Below are positions 40,358 through 52,815 of a DNA stretch of 64,000 nt, piece by piece. Position 1 is the first letter of the stretch; every line of letters begins with the position of its first letter. A program made the translations under genes and the position numbers. A model generated the notes under the pieces. The model had not been told where the DNA came from. It did no database searches and was given only the letters and a program-made list of their open reading frames with translations. Source of the stretch: Tubulanus polymorphus (lineage: Eukaryota; Animalia; Nemertea); the NCBI RefSeq assembly GCF_964204645.1, contig NC_134025.1, forward strand, positions 30,980,299-31,044,298, written 5' to 3'.

Positions 40358-40715
40358 TCGATACCTCCTCAATCACCAGGGTTTTATTGCCGCCCACCGG
40401 CACTCACGCTTACACAAACCCTGGTCACAAACCCTTCATTGGTCTCTTACATTGTCCAAGATATCTCGTGTCGACAGGTTGCTGCTAAGCGGCCACCAGT
40501 CTTTACATCTAGTCAATCAGATGTGTAGCGAATCTGCGAAAAACAATGCATCTCATTGACTTAACACATAGACTGGTGACCGCTCAGTGGTAACCTGTCT
40601 AACCAAGGAATCTTGAGCAATGAAGTAGACCACTGAAGAATTGGCAGCCGGGATTTATGTTGGCATGAGCTTCGGCAGACGACAATTAAAACCTGGCAAG
40701 TGAGGATGATATTGA
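40358..40715. ncRNA. Long imperfect fold-back (~170-bp arms, ~20-nt loop), candidate hairpin RNA
   Basis: GACAGGTTGCTGCTAAGCGGCCACCAGTCT pairs with AGACTGGTGACCGCTCAGTGGTAACCTGTC, and pairing stays colinear outward to CCAGGGTTTT/AAAACCTGG. The inverted repeat is certain; its RNA function is inferred. Confidence 0.5.
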
Positions 40716-40996
40716 CATTGAATGAAAAAGCTGCATGAAATGTGTACGAGAACCTTGATAGCAGTGAAAAAAGATAAAAAGAACAAGGGGTGCAGGAAGA
40801 CCATGCCCTGGATCCTTAAAATTAAAATTAACATTATGTTTCAATGACCTAAGAGTAAATTCATTACTAATTAATCTAATTAAGTGCAAGTTCATCTAGA
40901 ATTTAAATCATCTATTCTATAACCCGTGATGTAATTATCAATAACAAGAAAACAGGGGGTAATTAAAACTGGTGTTAACGCTAAAATATTTTAAAC

Positions 40997-41766
40997 AAAT
41001 GATGAATTTACCCTCAGTTCATTCATTGTTTTAATGATGATCCTGAGAGTAATTTCAACAATGATGAATTTACCCTCATTTCATTCATTGTTTTAATGAT
41101 GATCCTGAGAGTGATTTCAACAATGATGAATTTACCCTCATTTCATTCATTGTTTTAATGATGATCCTGAGAGTAATTTCAACAATGATGAATTTACCCT
41201 CATTTCATTCATTGTTTTAATGATGATCCTGAGAGTAATTTCAACAATGATGAATTTACCCTCATTTCATTCATTGTTTTAATGATGATCCTGAGAGTAA
41301 TTTCAACAATGATGAATTCACCCTCATTTCATTCATTGTTTTAATGATGATCCTGAGAGTGATTTCAACAATGATGAATTTACCCTCAGTTCATTCGTTG
41401 TTTTAATGATGATCCTGAGAGTAATTTCAACAATGATGAATTTACCCTCAGCTCATTCATTGTTTTAATGATGATCCTGAGAGTAATTTCAACAATGATG
41501 AATTTACCCTCAGCTCATTCATTGTTTTAATGATGATCCTGAGAGTAATTTCAACAATGATGAATTTACCCTCAGTTCATTCATTGTTTTAATGATGATC
41601 CTGAGAGTAATTTCAACAATGTTGAATTTACCCTCAGTTCATTCATTGTTTTAATGATGATCCTGAGAGTAAATTCAACAATGATGAATTTACCCTCAGC
41701 TCATTCATTGTTTTAATGATGATCCTGAGAGTAATTTCAACAATGATGAATTTACCCTCAGTTCAT
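40997..41766. repeat. 62-bp tandem array (about 12 copies), each unit a stem-loop
   Basis: Period 62 (40999, 41061, 41123...); AACAATGA-TGAA-loop-TTCA-T-TCATTGTT. Confidence 0.95.
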
Positions 41767-44700
41767 CACATTCTAAGATGTTACTATTTCATTCAGTGAA
41801 AATCTCTGAACTGCATAAAATAATGAGATCTTAAACGGGATTATTAATTAATAACCTGAGTGTAACTTATCATAAGATAAATTGACCCTCAGTTTATCAG
41901 AGGTTTATACGTACTTTAAGTTAACAACAATAGTTACGACTTGATCAACTTGACTTAAACGAACTTAAACTTAAACTAAACTTGACTTAAATCAACTGGA
42001 ACGAATTAAATTTAAAACAGCGAAAATTATTAAAATGACTTAACAAAAACTAACTAATCTAAACTAAGGCTAACTTGAAACACACTAGTGATTAAATATT
42101 AAACATCATGCTCACAATTTAACAAATCCCAGTTCAACAGTTGTGCAATTGTATGTATTTAAATTCTTGTATCCAAATCCAACTGTGGAAATGAGTACGG
42201 TTTTGTATGGAACGAAATAAATAAAATAAAAAAATATTGAGTGTATTTTTTATATGATGTTTTCAGCGACATATTTTGTTATGATGACAACAAATTAGCT
42301 TTGATTTATTTCATTTCCAAAAATACTATAGATTATCATTACGTTCAAAGACTAGTTTCGAAAAAGCCGAGATGACGTCCAATAAAAATAATAACATGAC
42401 TGCTAGCATTAAGGCTAGAGGAAGTTCTGATTCAAAGATAGTATTGGACTTTACTACTATTTGTATATTGTGCAGGAAAATAAAGTTTGTTGTTACTGTT
42501 TGTACTACAAGTGGTTGTATTATTATATCTATCTGATGTCATTGAACTAATAATCTGACACGCCACCTAGTAGTGATTTTCTGAATCTACGCTTCAATAA
42601 TCTACGTCAATATCATACGTCGAGATGCTGAAAATATCATATGAAAAATACACTTGCACTTTTTTTTTTTTATTTGTCGCATTCCATTATTGTGAAATAC
42701 CGACTGAAAATGAGTGCATTTTCTGTTGTTAGTAGAAAACTGAAAATAAAACTATAAGAAAAAAGGTAAAGAAAGTATGAGAAAAAGTTCTCAATCACAT
42801 TTCATATTTACTAAGCCTATATCAACTACGAGTAAAAGCTCTTTATGCGTGCACTATATACAACATGGGCCTTTTATATAACCACTATTTATATCTGTGT
42901 TGTGGACCACGTAATTGTGTCAAAGAGTATTCGGTGATAAAACCTGGACCTTCAGTTATTCCATTCTCATGAAATCACTGGGGTTCGAATATACACAGTG
43001 ATAGTCGAATAAAGAATATTTCATCAAATTGATCTTTTAGTATAAAACATTGTTCTAAAAGAATATATACACATTACATAGTTTTAAAATATATACAAAT
43101 TAAATAGTTTTTAAAATATATAGAAATGAAATAGTTTTTAAAATTTAAACAAATAAAAAGATACTTTTAGATAAAATATATACAAATAAAACAGTTTAAA
43201 AAGATACTTTGAGATAAAATATATACAAATAGAATAATATTCACATAAAATTGTTTTTAGATATCATAGGTATTTTAAAATTCAGAAATAAAATAGTCAC
43301 TTTAATGGATTAAAATTCAAATAAAATAGTTTTTAGATATCATAGGTATTTTAAAATTCAGATATAAAATAGTAACTTTAATAGATTAAAATTCAGATAA
43401 AAAAGTTAAATTAAAATTGAAATAATTTAAAATCGTTTCTAGAATAGTCTTAAGATACGTGTAAAATTGTTTTTAGAATTATTTTAGAATTACTAGTTTA
43501 GAAGTATCAATGAAATTGTTTTCAGATATGAATATTTCAAAAATTAATACAAGAATAGTTTTAGATGGATCACCTCGATCAATCACAATATCGAACCAAA
43601 CCCCACAAGACCTGTAATCAATCAGTGAAAGAATCAAATAATAGTAATAATAATTCATATGAGATATGATTTTGGGCAATAGTAAAAACGAAACCAGGAA
43701 AATAATTGATCATATAATTGATGAGACATGTATTCCAAAAACCGCAAATAATTTTGAGAACGGGAATAAAATCTTTGACAAGAAATGGAATAGGAAAAGT
43801 TCAAACTGAAGGACTCAAAATTTAGGAATTTAAAATCTAAAACTGGAACCACAAAAATTACAATATTAACTGTCTTAGAAATCTATTAATGATGCTGGTA
43901 GGATTTTGTGACCTCTTAACAACAATAATTGCAAAGTGGCTGAGAAACTACAAGTAGCCTCTTAGCATGTAATAAATTAGTAGGTTACTGGTATGTCACA
44001 TACTTTGATACAACTTATGCCGTTTTTGGGGACCAAGGAAGCACCTGAGAACCTGATCTGATTAACTGCAATATGAATGATAGACCTCTTGAAAACAACT
44101 TCATCCTCGATTTCTTAAATCTATTGATAATTCACTCTCAACAGCCTTAATCTGACGTGTGTTTTATGCATTGCTCGCCTACATGGAAACAATTCCACGC
44201 TCTATCAACCATATTTCAATTGCTAAACGCAATTCCTGCAATTTAGACCCCAATCGAGGACCAGGAGTTACTTTATCAGAGCAGTGTCTATTACTGAGTT
44301 GCTCGATTGTTATGTACTTAACAACTTTCCTTTTAGACCATCTCCTCTATCATATCTCTCTAAACTCCTCTCTCTCATATCTCTCTAAACTCCTCTATCA
44401 TATCTACCTAACTCCTCTCTCATATCTCCATAAACTCCTCTATCATATCTCCATAAACTCCTCTATCATATCTCCATAAACTCTCATACCTCCCTGAACC
44501 TCCTCTCTCATATGCCTTATTGATTTCAACAAGAGATGCAGATTAATCTAACAAGAGTCTTAAAATCAAATCTTCATCCTGGTGGTCGTTAGGATAAGTA
44601 GAGATCAATATCAATCAATAAAACCTGATCATTGAAGTGATTACGACTAATTCTCTAGTCCAAGATCTTTATTTTATTCTTTTTTTATCAAAGATTTGGA

Positions 44701-45462
44701 TTTATCATTGCATTTTTGCAGATTTTAGCATGTTCAATTAAGAACTCGTAAATTCATGGATTGATCACTGATCCAGTGAACTTTCACACCCAAGAAATGT
44801 AATGAAATTGATTACCGTAGTCTTTGCTGTGGTTTCCTTTCTTGTGCAATTTTTAATCCAGACAATCTCACGTATATAAATATATATTCCTTTTCCTTAT
44901 GAGTAAACATTTTAAATCCCTCCGATCACATGTGAAGGATTTCCCTCCGTTGTTGAGCATTAGATATTAACATTTCAATCATTCAAGTTTTCGCGTCATA
45001 TTAAATTAATCTTTAATTCTGTAATTAGAAAAACAAATTTGTTAATAATGATATAATGGTTTTACACTTGACGTATAAACGTCATAGTATTTGTGGGGAG
45101 GGGGCAACATGGAACATTGAACAATCTGTTTCAATGTAGTTTCCTAAGGAATCGCATTATGTGAAACATAGCTGTTCCTTCTCCATGTTATTTTCAGCTT
45201 CATAAGGAAATGCATTATGTGTGAAACATAGCTATTCCTTCTCCATGTTCCGGTAAAGTTCGATAAGGAATCACATGTGAATCATAGCTGTTCCTTTTGA
45301 TTTGAAAAATCCACCTTTTTTAAACTCCATAGGAGTTATTGTAGGAATTGATTCCCTGAATATCCCAAAAGAGATTTACAACGGCCGACCATAGCATTAG
45401 AATAGATGTCTCCTAAGAAGGCTACTGCCACAATCAGGTGGTATGGATGGTTATTGCTGCAA

Positions 45463-46137
45463 AGTAGTGGCAAGGATGGTAAATGCTTCAGCATCGTGAG
45501 AAGCAAAATGAACCTTAATGATTAAGGTATTGTAATGGAAGTAGTAGCAAGGATGGTAACTGCTTCAGCATCGTGAGAAGCAAAATCAACCTTAATGATT
45601 AAGGTATTGTAATGGAAGTAGTGGCAAGGATGGTAACTGCTTCAGCATCGTGAGAAGCAAAATGAACCTTAATGATTAAGGTATTGTAATGGAAGTAGTA
45701 GCAAGGATGGTAAATGCTTCAGCATCGTGAGAAGCAAAATCAACCTTAATGATTAAGGTATTGTAATGGAAGTAGTGGCAAGGATGGTAACTGCTTCAGC
45801 ATCGTGAGAAGCAAAATCAACCTTAATGATTAAGGTATTGTAATGGAAGTAGTAGCAAGGATGGTAACTGCTTCAGCATCGTGAGAAGCAAAATGAACCT
45901 TAATGATTAAGGTATTGTAATGGAAGTAGTAGCAAGGATGGTAAATGCTTCAGCATCGTGAGAAGCAAAATCAACCTTAATGATTAAGGTATTGTAATGG
46001 AAGTAGTAGCAAGGATGGTAACTGCTTCAGCATCGTGAGAAGCAAAATCAACCTTAATGATTAAGGTATTGTAATGGAAGTAGTAGCAAGGATGGTAAAT
46101 GCTTGAGCATCGTGAGAAGCAAAATGAATCTTAATGA
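45463..46137. repeat. 77-bp tandem array (about 8.7 copies) with two palindromes per unit
   Basis: ACCTTAAT-G-ATTAAGGT and TGCTTC-N10-GAAGCA in every unit. Confidence 0.95.
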
Positions 46138-46580
46138 ATATGGGGTGGAACAAAAATGGTGTGGAACACAGTGGGACGTACAGTCAAAAAAAAGAAATAA
46201 ATAAATGATATAAAATGTATATGAATGAGATGATGGATAAAAATTCCTTTCATCCAAAAAATAAATAAATTGATGAAATGATAATGAATTTTTTTTAAAT
46301 TTTTATCTTTTTGAATTTTTTTGGAGATAAACCGTAAAACTCCATAAAATCCATATTTACAAGGCTGGTTTTTATTTTTTTTCATATTTTTTTTCAAATA
46401 AAAATAAGGAAGGACTGCACGCCCACTGGTTCAAGGAGTGTTGACAGATATTTAACACTGCGCAACCTGCAGATCGACGAAGGAGGAAGGGAAAACTGAG
46501 TTTCAAGAAGTGCCGATCTGCAGACGTGCTGGGCTGATGTTGTTGCCCGGGTGATGGCGAGTGAAGGGGCTGATATTATA

Positions 46581-47449
46581 TTATTGTGTTCGCCGACGTT
46601 TTACAAATTGATATTTTCCTTTAAAGGCCCCTTCAACATCGCGGAGCATTCTTATTGGATCTTTATACTCGATGTTTCTTGACCAACCAGGGCCGCGCGC
46701 GATGAGCTCGACAGCGGGGGAAGGTGGTGGCCCCGCTGGAGCGCCCGATGTCGATGCCTGGGCGGGCGTATTATCATTTTCGTAATCATCATCACTTTCT
46801 TCATCTTCAAGTCTTCTTTTTCTATTTCTTGTATTATTTGATCTAGTTGTCGAAGTTGTAGTAGTACTAGTCGCAGTTGAAGTAGGTGGTCGTGGTCGTC
46901 TTTTCTTAGTAGTGGTAGTAGTGGTAGTAGTAGTAGAATTAGTAGTAGTTGCAGGTGGTTGTCGTGGTCGTCGTGGTGGTCTTATATCATCGCGAGGTGG
47001 TGGTGTTGCGGGCCCTGGTGGTGTCGCTCCAGGAGTGGCGAATTCCTCCTCATCACTGCTCGCCTCCTCAAAATTTGGTTGCGGAAGTGGGGGAGGACGA
47101 GCTGCACGTTTGCCTTTTTTTTTTGATTTCGGACGCCCCGAACCTATTGTGTAATCTATATCTCTTGTATTTTGACGGGGCGACCGACGCAGTGAAGGCG
47201 TCTGAAGCTGTGGCGCCTCTGTCGGGGTCACCACTGCAGGGGCGACCTCCTGCTCCACATTTACGGGAGAAGCAGGGTCCACCTCCTGCAAAGGAACCAA
47301 CTCAAATGGTGGAATTACTTTAGGAGGAGTTGGCTCCTTAGGCCCGCAGATATTGGAAACGCACCTTTTTAAAACGTTTTTAAATGCTGGAAGTGCTCTG
47401 CGGGCTGCTTCAGACTGATCTTTCTTTAGATTTTCAATTATATCCAAAT
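46581..47449 (-). CDS. Orphan terminal coding exon (~290 aa), Pro/Thr/basic low-complexity, NLS-like motifs
   Basis: GC-rich open frame starting at a strong acceptor (T10-CATTCCAG|AT); minus-strand AATAAA at about 46371; possible upstream exon about 47910-47848 (GTAAGT donor, phase-compatible); no family recognised. Confidence 0.55.
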
Positions 47450-49529
47450 CTGGAATGAAAAAAAAAAACATTAAGGATCATGCATATTACACATAAATGA
47501 CAAGTTCGCATATGATTATCATATTTGTAAATAGTAACCTATAAAATAATGCAGTTATCCAATAGGTGAATGTGATGTGATGGAAAAAACGAAGAGAGTT
47601 GGGTAAGAAGGGTCATTTGAACGTTTGAAAGCGATCGTAAGCTTATTTTGCGAGAAGTGATCATGTCACTGGTTGTACGATACGGTTGTACAACTAACTC
47701 CGTTGTAACTACACTTTTAACCGCTTTCATGATTTGCATCATCCATTACATAATAACGATAAGTCGACAGTATATCATCAGTGAGGCTGATGATTGAATC
47801 TTTCAATACACATTTTATAAAGGTATTTTTATGTCTTATATACTTACATATTTCAGAACCAACCCTGTACGTGGACGGGTACACTTTTGTTAATTCATTA
47901 ATGGAACTACTGATTGTAATAAATTACATCCTACCATTACCTTGACAATCAATTTTGGTAGCAAATCATGAATCAAAAATACACTTGATTTTTTTTTCTG
48001 GGGTGATGACGTACCAGGTTCCAGGTGACAAAAACTATACATTATAATGAATGGAATTGTTACCCATGACCCTGGTTTCAAAATCTGGGAACCTCTTTGG
48101 AATAACACGCATGATAACTTTTCATTTATCAACCAATTGAAATGGAAACTTTGCAACGATAAAAGATCTAATTTAAAACAACAGATGTCGCGCTGTATCA
48201 ACAAAAAATTAATCGATAATTCCTTTTATTCAGTAATTACTTTTCGAATGGACGAGTGAAAAATGTGTCCAAACTTCAGAAATGTATTCAATTATTTTGC
48301 AGAACACTTTTTTATTGCATATAGGGCCACACTCCATCCACGGTAAGTGGGAGAACTTGCATTTCATTTCCTCTGAACATGAGGCAAGTGTGTACATATT
48401 ATATTTTCTTCTGAATTTTCTCAAAAATGAAGATAAAAATATGACTGATTTTTTAATATTTTATTGTTTAAACTATTTACAGCATGAATTAAAACAGAAA
48501 AACGACACAAATAATTTCACTTCGCTGAATCTAAAACCAGTAAAAACCATTTCACACAATACTGCCCGCTACTGCACCTTCAGAAACAACACTCACTACA
48601 AATAAAAAACATTCATTTTGAAGAACAATATTTAACTATAACCATAAATGGCTGTAATTCATTATTCCCAATAGAATATTCATTGTCAGCAATAGGCCTA
48701 TCGGTACTCCACATATTCATTACATAACTCACCTAGAATGTATAATTCATCGTACAGCAGCCATTCATTTATTCAGATCAACAAAATTCCATGCACAACC
48801 ATTTCAGCTGATATTCATCATACAGTAGCCTCCGCCTAATCCGCTACAGTTTGGCACCTTCTATTTTTTACCTTATTAGGCACCGGTTTTTAAGAATTGC
48901 AAAAATCAATTGATGAAAAGATTTATTGAGCCTAATAGCGGTCAAAATTATCAAGTTCTTTGTATTTTATACAATCTGATTAGATTTTAGATTTTTAATT
49001 ATTAGCTCATTTTCTAATTATAATTACCCATATAATTCATATTTCTGACCGTAGACATGGAATATTCCATTGTCAGCTGTTAGCTGAGGGGTATATACCC
49101 GATTTGTTCATTTTGATACAAGAAATTTAGGGGGTTATCAAATAAATAGGTCACCGATTATAATTTATGCAAATTAGCTCATTTCCATAGGACGTCACTT
49201 TCAGTAAGAAAAATTACCACCAAAATTTTCCAAGGGTCAAACCCTACAAACTTCATGTTTCTTTATCCCGCAACATTTTCCTCCGATTCAGTTCACTTGT
49301 GATGTCCTTGCATAATGGAAATTATGACCAGTCATGCGTGTGCATTAATAGAACATAAGGCCTAATCACGAACAGTTAAAATACATAAAGATGTTCTTAT
49401 GTTTTTATGTATTTTTCCTAACAGAGATAGAAGGTTGATAGTACATACATGTATTCTATAATATAGGCGAACAGCCGTTACAGTTTACCGGTTCAGGCAG
49501 AGAACAAACGGAAATGAAGTGAACATTTA

Positions 49530-49815
49530 TGGGATATGGGAAGCGTTCTGGGAAACCAGGTCATCATGGATTTGAACCTGTACATTACCATTGTGTCCCC
49601 GGCAAGACACTTATCCTCATTTCCTCTCTCCACCCAGAAGTAAATTGGTACCTGGCCCGATAGAGGACCCCTGAGCGCCTAGCGGCTGCTCGGATGTTAC
49701 TTCACCCCGGAGACTATTAAATGGCTGCGGCAATAAAACCGAAAAAGTAAAGCGCTCTGAGCAGCATCTGGATTTAGGGCTTTATTAGACACATAATATT
49801 ATTATTTTTATTATC
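49530..49815 (+). mobile_element. Degenerate SINE with CORE-like middle and L2-like tail
   Basis: TGTGTCCCCGGCAAGACACTTA, CCACCCAG..GTAAATTGGTACC, GTAAAGCGCTCTGAG and an (ATT)n tail. Confidence 0.6.
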
Positions 49816-50194
49816 ATCGAACAGAGCAATACCATAAAAGGCAAAACATAAAAACAACATTACATCTTTATTCCATCGAATTGAACAGATTATACCAGAT
49901 ATAGACCATCTACCAGTTTAAGCGAAGTCTACAGTATCATTAAGGGCAAAAAATCCAATAAAATGCGATACATTTGAAAATATGTTTTTGTAAAATGAAT
50001 TTTAACCGAATTTTAGTTCGAAAAATTGTGATATTTCCTTCGAGTACTGTACATTTCCCTATATGGTTTTTGCTAAGTAAGTCTAATTCATTTTCATTTC
50101 ATCACAAACAGAAAATGGACACGAAAAATTTCATTCAAATTTCTTCTGTATTTTCTGTATTTTCATCATCAATCAAAAAAACTTAAACTTTTAC

Positions 50195-50730
50195 TTTCAG
50201 AAACAACCGCCAGGGGTAAGATCCATTTCACTCGACACTATTCGCACCTGTACCTTCAGAAACAACCGCCAGGGGTAAGATCCATTTCACTCGACACTAC
50301 CCGCACCTGTACCTTCAGAAACAACCGCCAGGGGTAAGATCCATTTCACTCGACACTACCCGCACCTGTACCTTCAGAAACAACCGCCAGGGGTAAGATC
50401 CATTTCACTCGACACTACCCGCACCTGTACCTTCAGAAACAACCGCCGGGGTAAGATCCATTTCACTCGACACTACCCGCACCTGTACCTTCAGAAACAA
50501 CCGCCAGGGGTAAGATCCATTTCACTCGACACTACCCGCACCTGTACCTTCAGAAACAACCGCCGGGGTAAGATCCATTTCACTCGACACTACCCGCACC
50601 TGTACCTTCAGAAACAACCACCAGGGGTAAAAACCATTTCACGTGACACTGTCCACTACTGTACCTTCAGAAACAACCATCAGGGGTAAAAACCATTTCA
50701 GACGACACTGTTCACTACTGCAACTTCATA
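50195..50730. repeat. 59-bp tandem array (about 9 copies)
   Basis: TTCAGAAACAACCGCCAGGGGTAAGATCCATTTCACTCGACACTACCCGCACCTGTACC; solo diverged copy at about 48535-48600. Confidence 0.95.
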
Positions 50731-51099
50731 CAATCAAATCCATTCACTACAAATTACAGTAAGATTTTTATCTATAAAAATCAAACATCATTAAACAGCG
50801 AACAATAAACGATATTTAGAATTAGGCCTATTTCACATGAATTCATTAAGTATTTCAAATAAGTCACTACTTACCCTTCAAGTATGGAATTATTCAGTGG
50901 AATAATTCACTATAAATACAGCTGCAGCCGTTTACAGAAAAAACAATATGAAATGTCACTGTCGAACTTGTAAGGTGTAAAACAGGATAGACCTAGATAA
51001 ATGTCAGGCCTGGATAACGGTAGAGGAAATACTTTTTACTTTAAGAAAATAAAAGAATTCTGAAAAATAAAACATTAAGTCAAAGGGTAGGCCTATCTG

Positions 51100-51345
51100 A
51101 AGACATCCTCGCTTGCCAGGGGTCCGGTATCACTCCCGAACTCGCTTCCACCAGCGCTCCCTGGCCTCACGACGCGTGATTTCATTACTGGCGCCGTTGC
51201 GCATGACGTCATATATCGATTTGCAAAATACTTCCTTGTTCGGAAAAATTCGCTGATTGGTCCATTTAAATGGAAAACCAACAGAAGTCTACTGTCGTTT
51301 GTTACAAGCGCTGTGATTGGTACGACCGGATTCTGGTCGGCTAGT
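51100..51345. promoter_or_regulatory. CpG-rich Pol II promoter-like island
   Basis: TGACGTCA (51204-51211), two inverted CCAAT boxes 60 bp apart (51256, 51316), GGCGCC, ACGCGT and ACTTCC; minus-strand donor AGG|GTAAGT at about 50874. Confidence 0.55.
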
Positions 51346-51496
51346 AACGACTCCAACGACTCGTGAGGTCAAGGGGTTCGGGGAACAGCTTTAGCTTAGT
51401 AGGTTCGAATCCCTTGACGGGTGAAGATGATCTGAAGAAAAGCTAGGAAATTTAATAAAATCTGGTCTCAGAACAAAATGAATCACACAGTTCCGT

Positions 51497-52038
51497 TACT
51501 GAGTAAACTGTCATCCGGATACTGAGTAAACTGTGGTCCGGATGCTGAGTAAACTGTCATCCGGATACTGAGTAAACTGTGGTCCGGATGATGAGTAAAC
51601 TGTGGTCCGGATACTGAGTAAACTGTGGTCCGGATGCTGAGTAAACTGTGGTCCGGATACTGAGTAAACTGTGGTCCGGATGCTGAGTAAACTGTGGTCC
51701 GGATACTGAATAAACTGTGGTCGGGATGCTGAGTAAACTGTGGTCCGGATACTGAGTAAACTGTGGTCCGGATGCTGAGTAAACTGTGGTCCGGATACTG
51801 AGTAAACTGTGGTCCCGACACTGAGTAAACTGTGGTCCGGATGCTGAGTAAACTGTGGTCCGGATACTGAGTAAACTGTGGTCCCGGCACTGAGTAAACT
51901 GTGGTCCCGACACTGAGTAAACTGTAGTCCGGATGCTGAGTAAACTGTGGTCCGGATACTGAGTTAACTGTGGTCCGGATACTGAGTAAACTGTGGTCGG
52001 GATACTGAGTAAACTGTGGTCCGGATACTGAGTAAACT
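51497..52038. repeat. 23-bp tandem array (about 23 copies)
   Basis: CTGAGTAAACTGTGGTCCGGATR repeated. Confidence 0.95.
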
Positions 52039-52607
52039 CACTGTATAAGACTCAGTACCTAACGAGGCACCAACCATTGACCGTAATAATGAATCCGTTA
52101 GAAATAAATCGTGTGTAAACTGTATTTGCCGCACGGCCGCAATATCTAGGATTCGCCAACAATTAGACGATGAAGATTTGGACTATGAGCCGAGCTAGTG
52201 TATGACATTCGTATCAAACATCATATCCTTAGTTTAGATCTAGTATAAACATTGAGTGGGTGTGGCTTTAGAATAGTTAGCTGAATGATAGCAGTTGCGA
52301 GGTATACCTCCTTCCTGCCATAATCTCCGGATCTCAAACTGTTTTGAGCAACTACCTTGAGATACGAGGAACAAAGTTTAACCAATCAATCAAAAATAGT
52401 GATCCTGAATTTCCTGACGGTTGATGAACGATTAATAAAAAAAGAAAATCACATGTTTTCGGACCCTGGAGTCGCAGAGAAAAACGAAAGTAACGTAAAT
52501 ACTAGTTCTACTTTTCAACGGTATCTAAAATGTTGGTCCCATAATGTGACGGGTATCTGGGACTTAACAGCTATCCGGTTCCTGTCTAAACTATCAACTA
52601 AACCCGG

Positions 52608-52815
52608 TCCAGTTATTGACTAAAATATGGACTAAACCGTAGTCCACTAAAATATGGACTACACCGCAGTCCAGTTAGTGACTAAAATATGGACTAAACG
52701 GTAGTCCAGTTATTGACTAAAATATGGACTACACCGCAGTCCAGTTACTGATAAAAATAAGGACAAAACTGCAGTCTGCTTCCTGACTAAATGGACTGAA
52801 CCGCGCAGTCCAATT
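52608..52815. repeat. ~35-bp degenerate tandem repeat with an AGTCCA/TGGACT palindrome
   Basis: GTCCAGTTATTGACTAAAATATGGACTAAACCG-like units x5-6. Confidence 0.8.

Noticed and set aside
44030-44340. Degenerate Ulp1/SENP-like fragment (ENNFILDFLNLL)
   Set aside because: Only a short resemblance with several stops; no catalytic His/Asp/Cys motifs visible
51483-51913. 135-aa and 118-aa ORFs
   Set aside because: Translations of the 23-bp array
26689-52038. CRISPR-like interpretation of the regularly spaced palindromic repeats
   Set aside because: Units are head-to-tail with no unique spacers, there are no cas genes, and the context is eukaryotic
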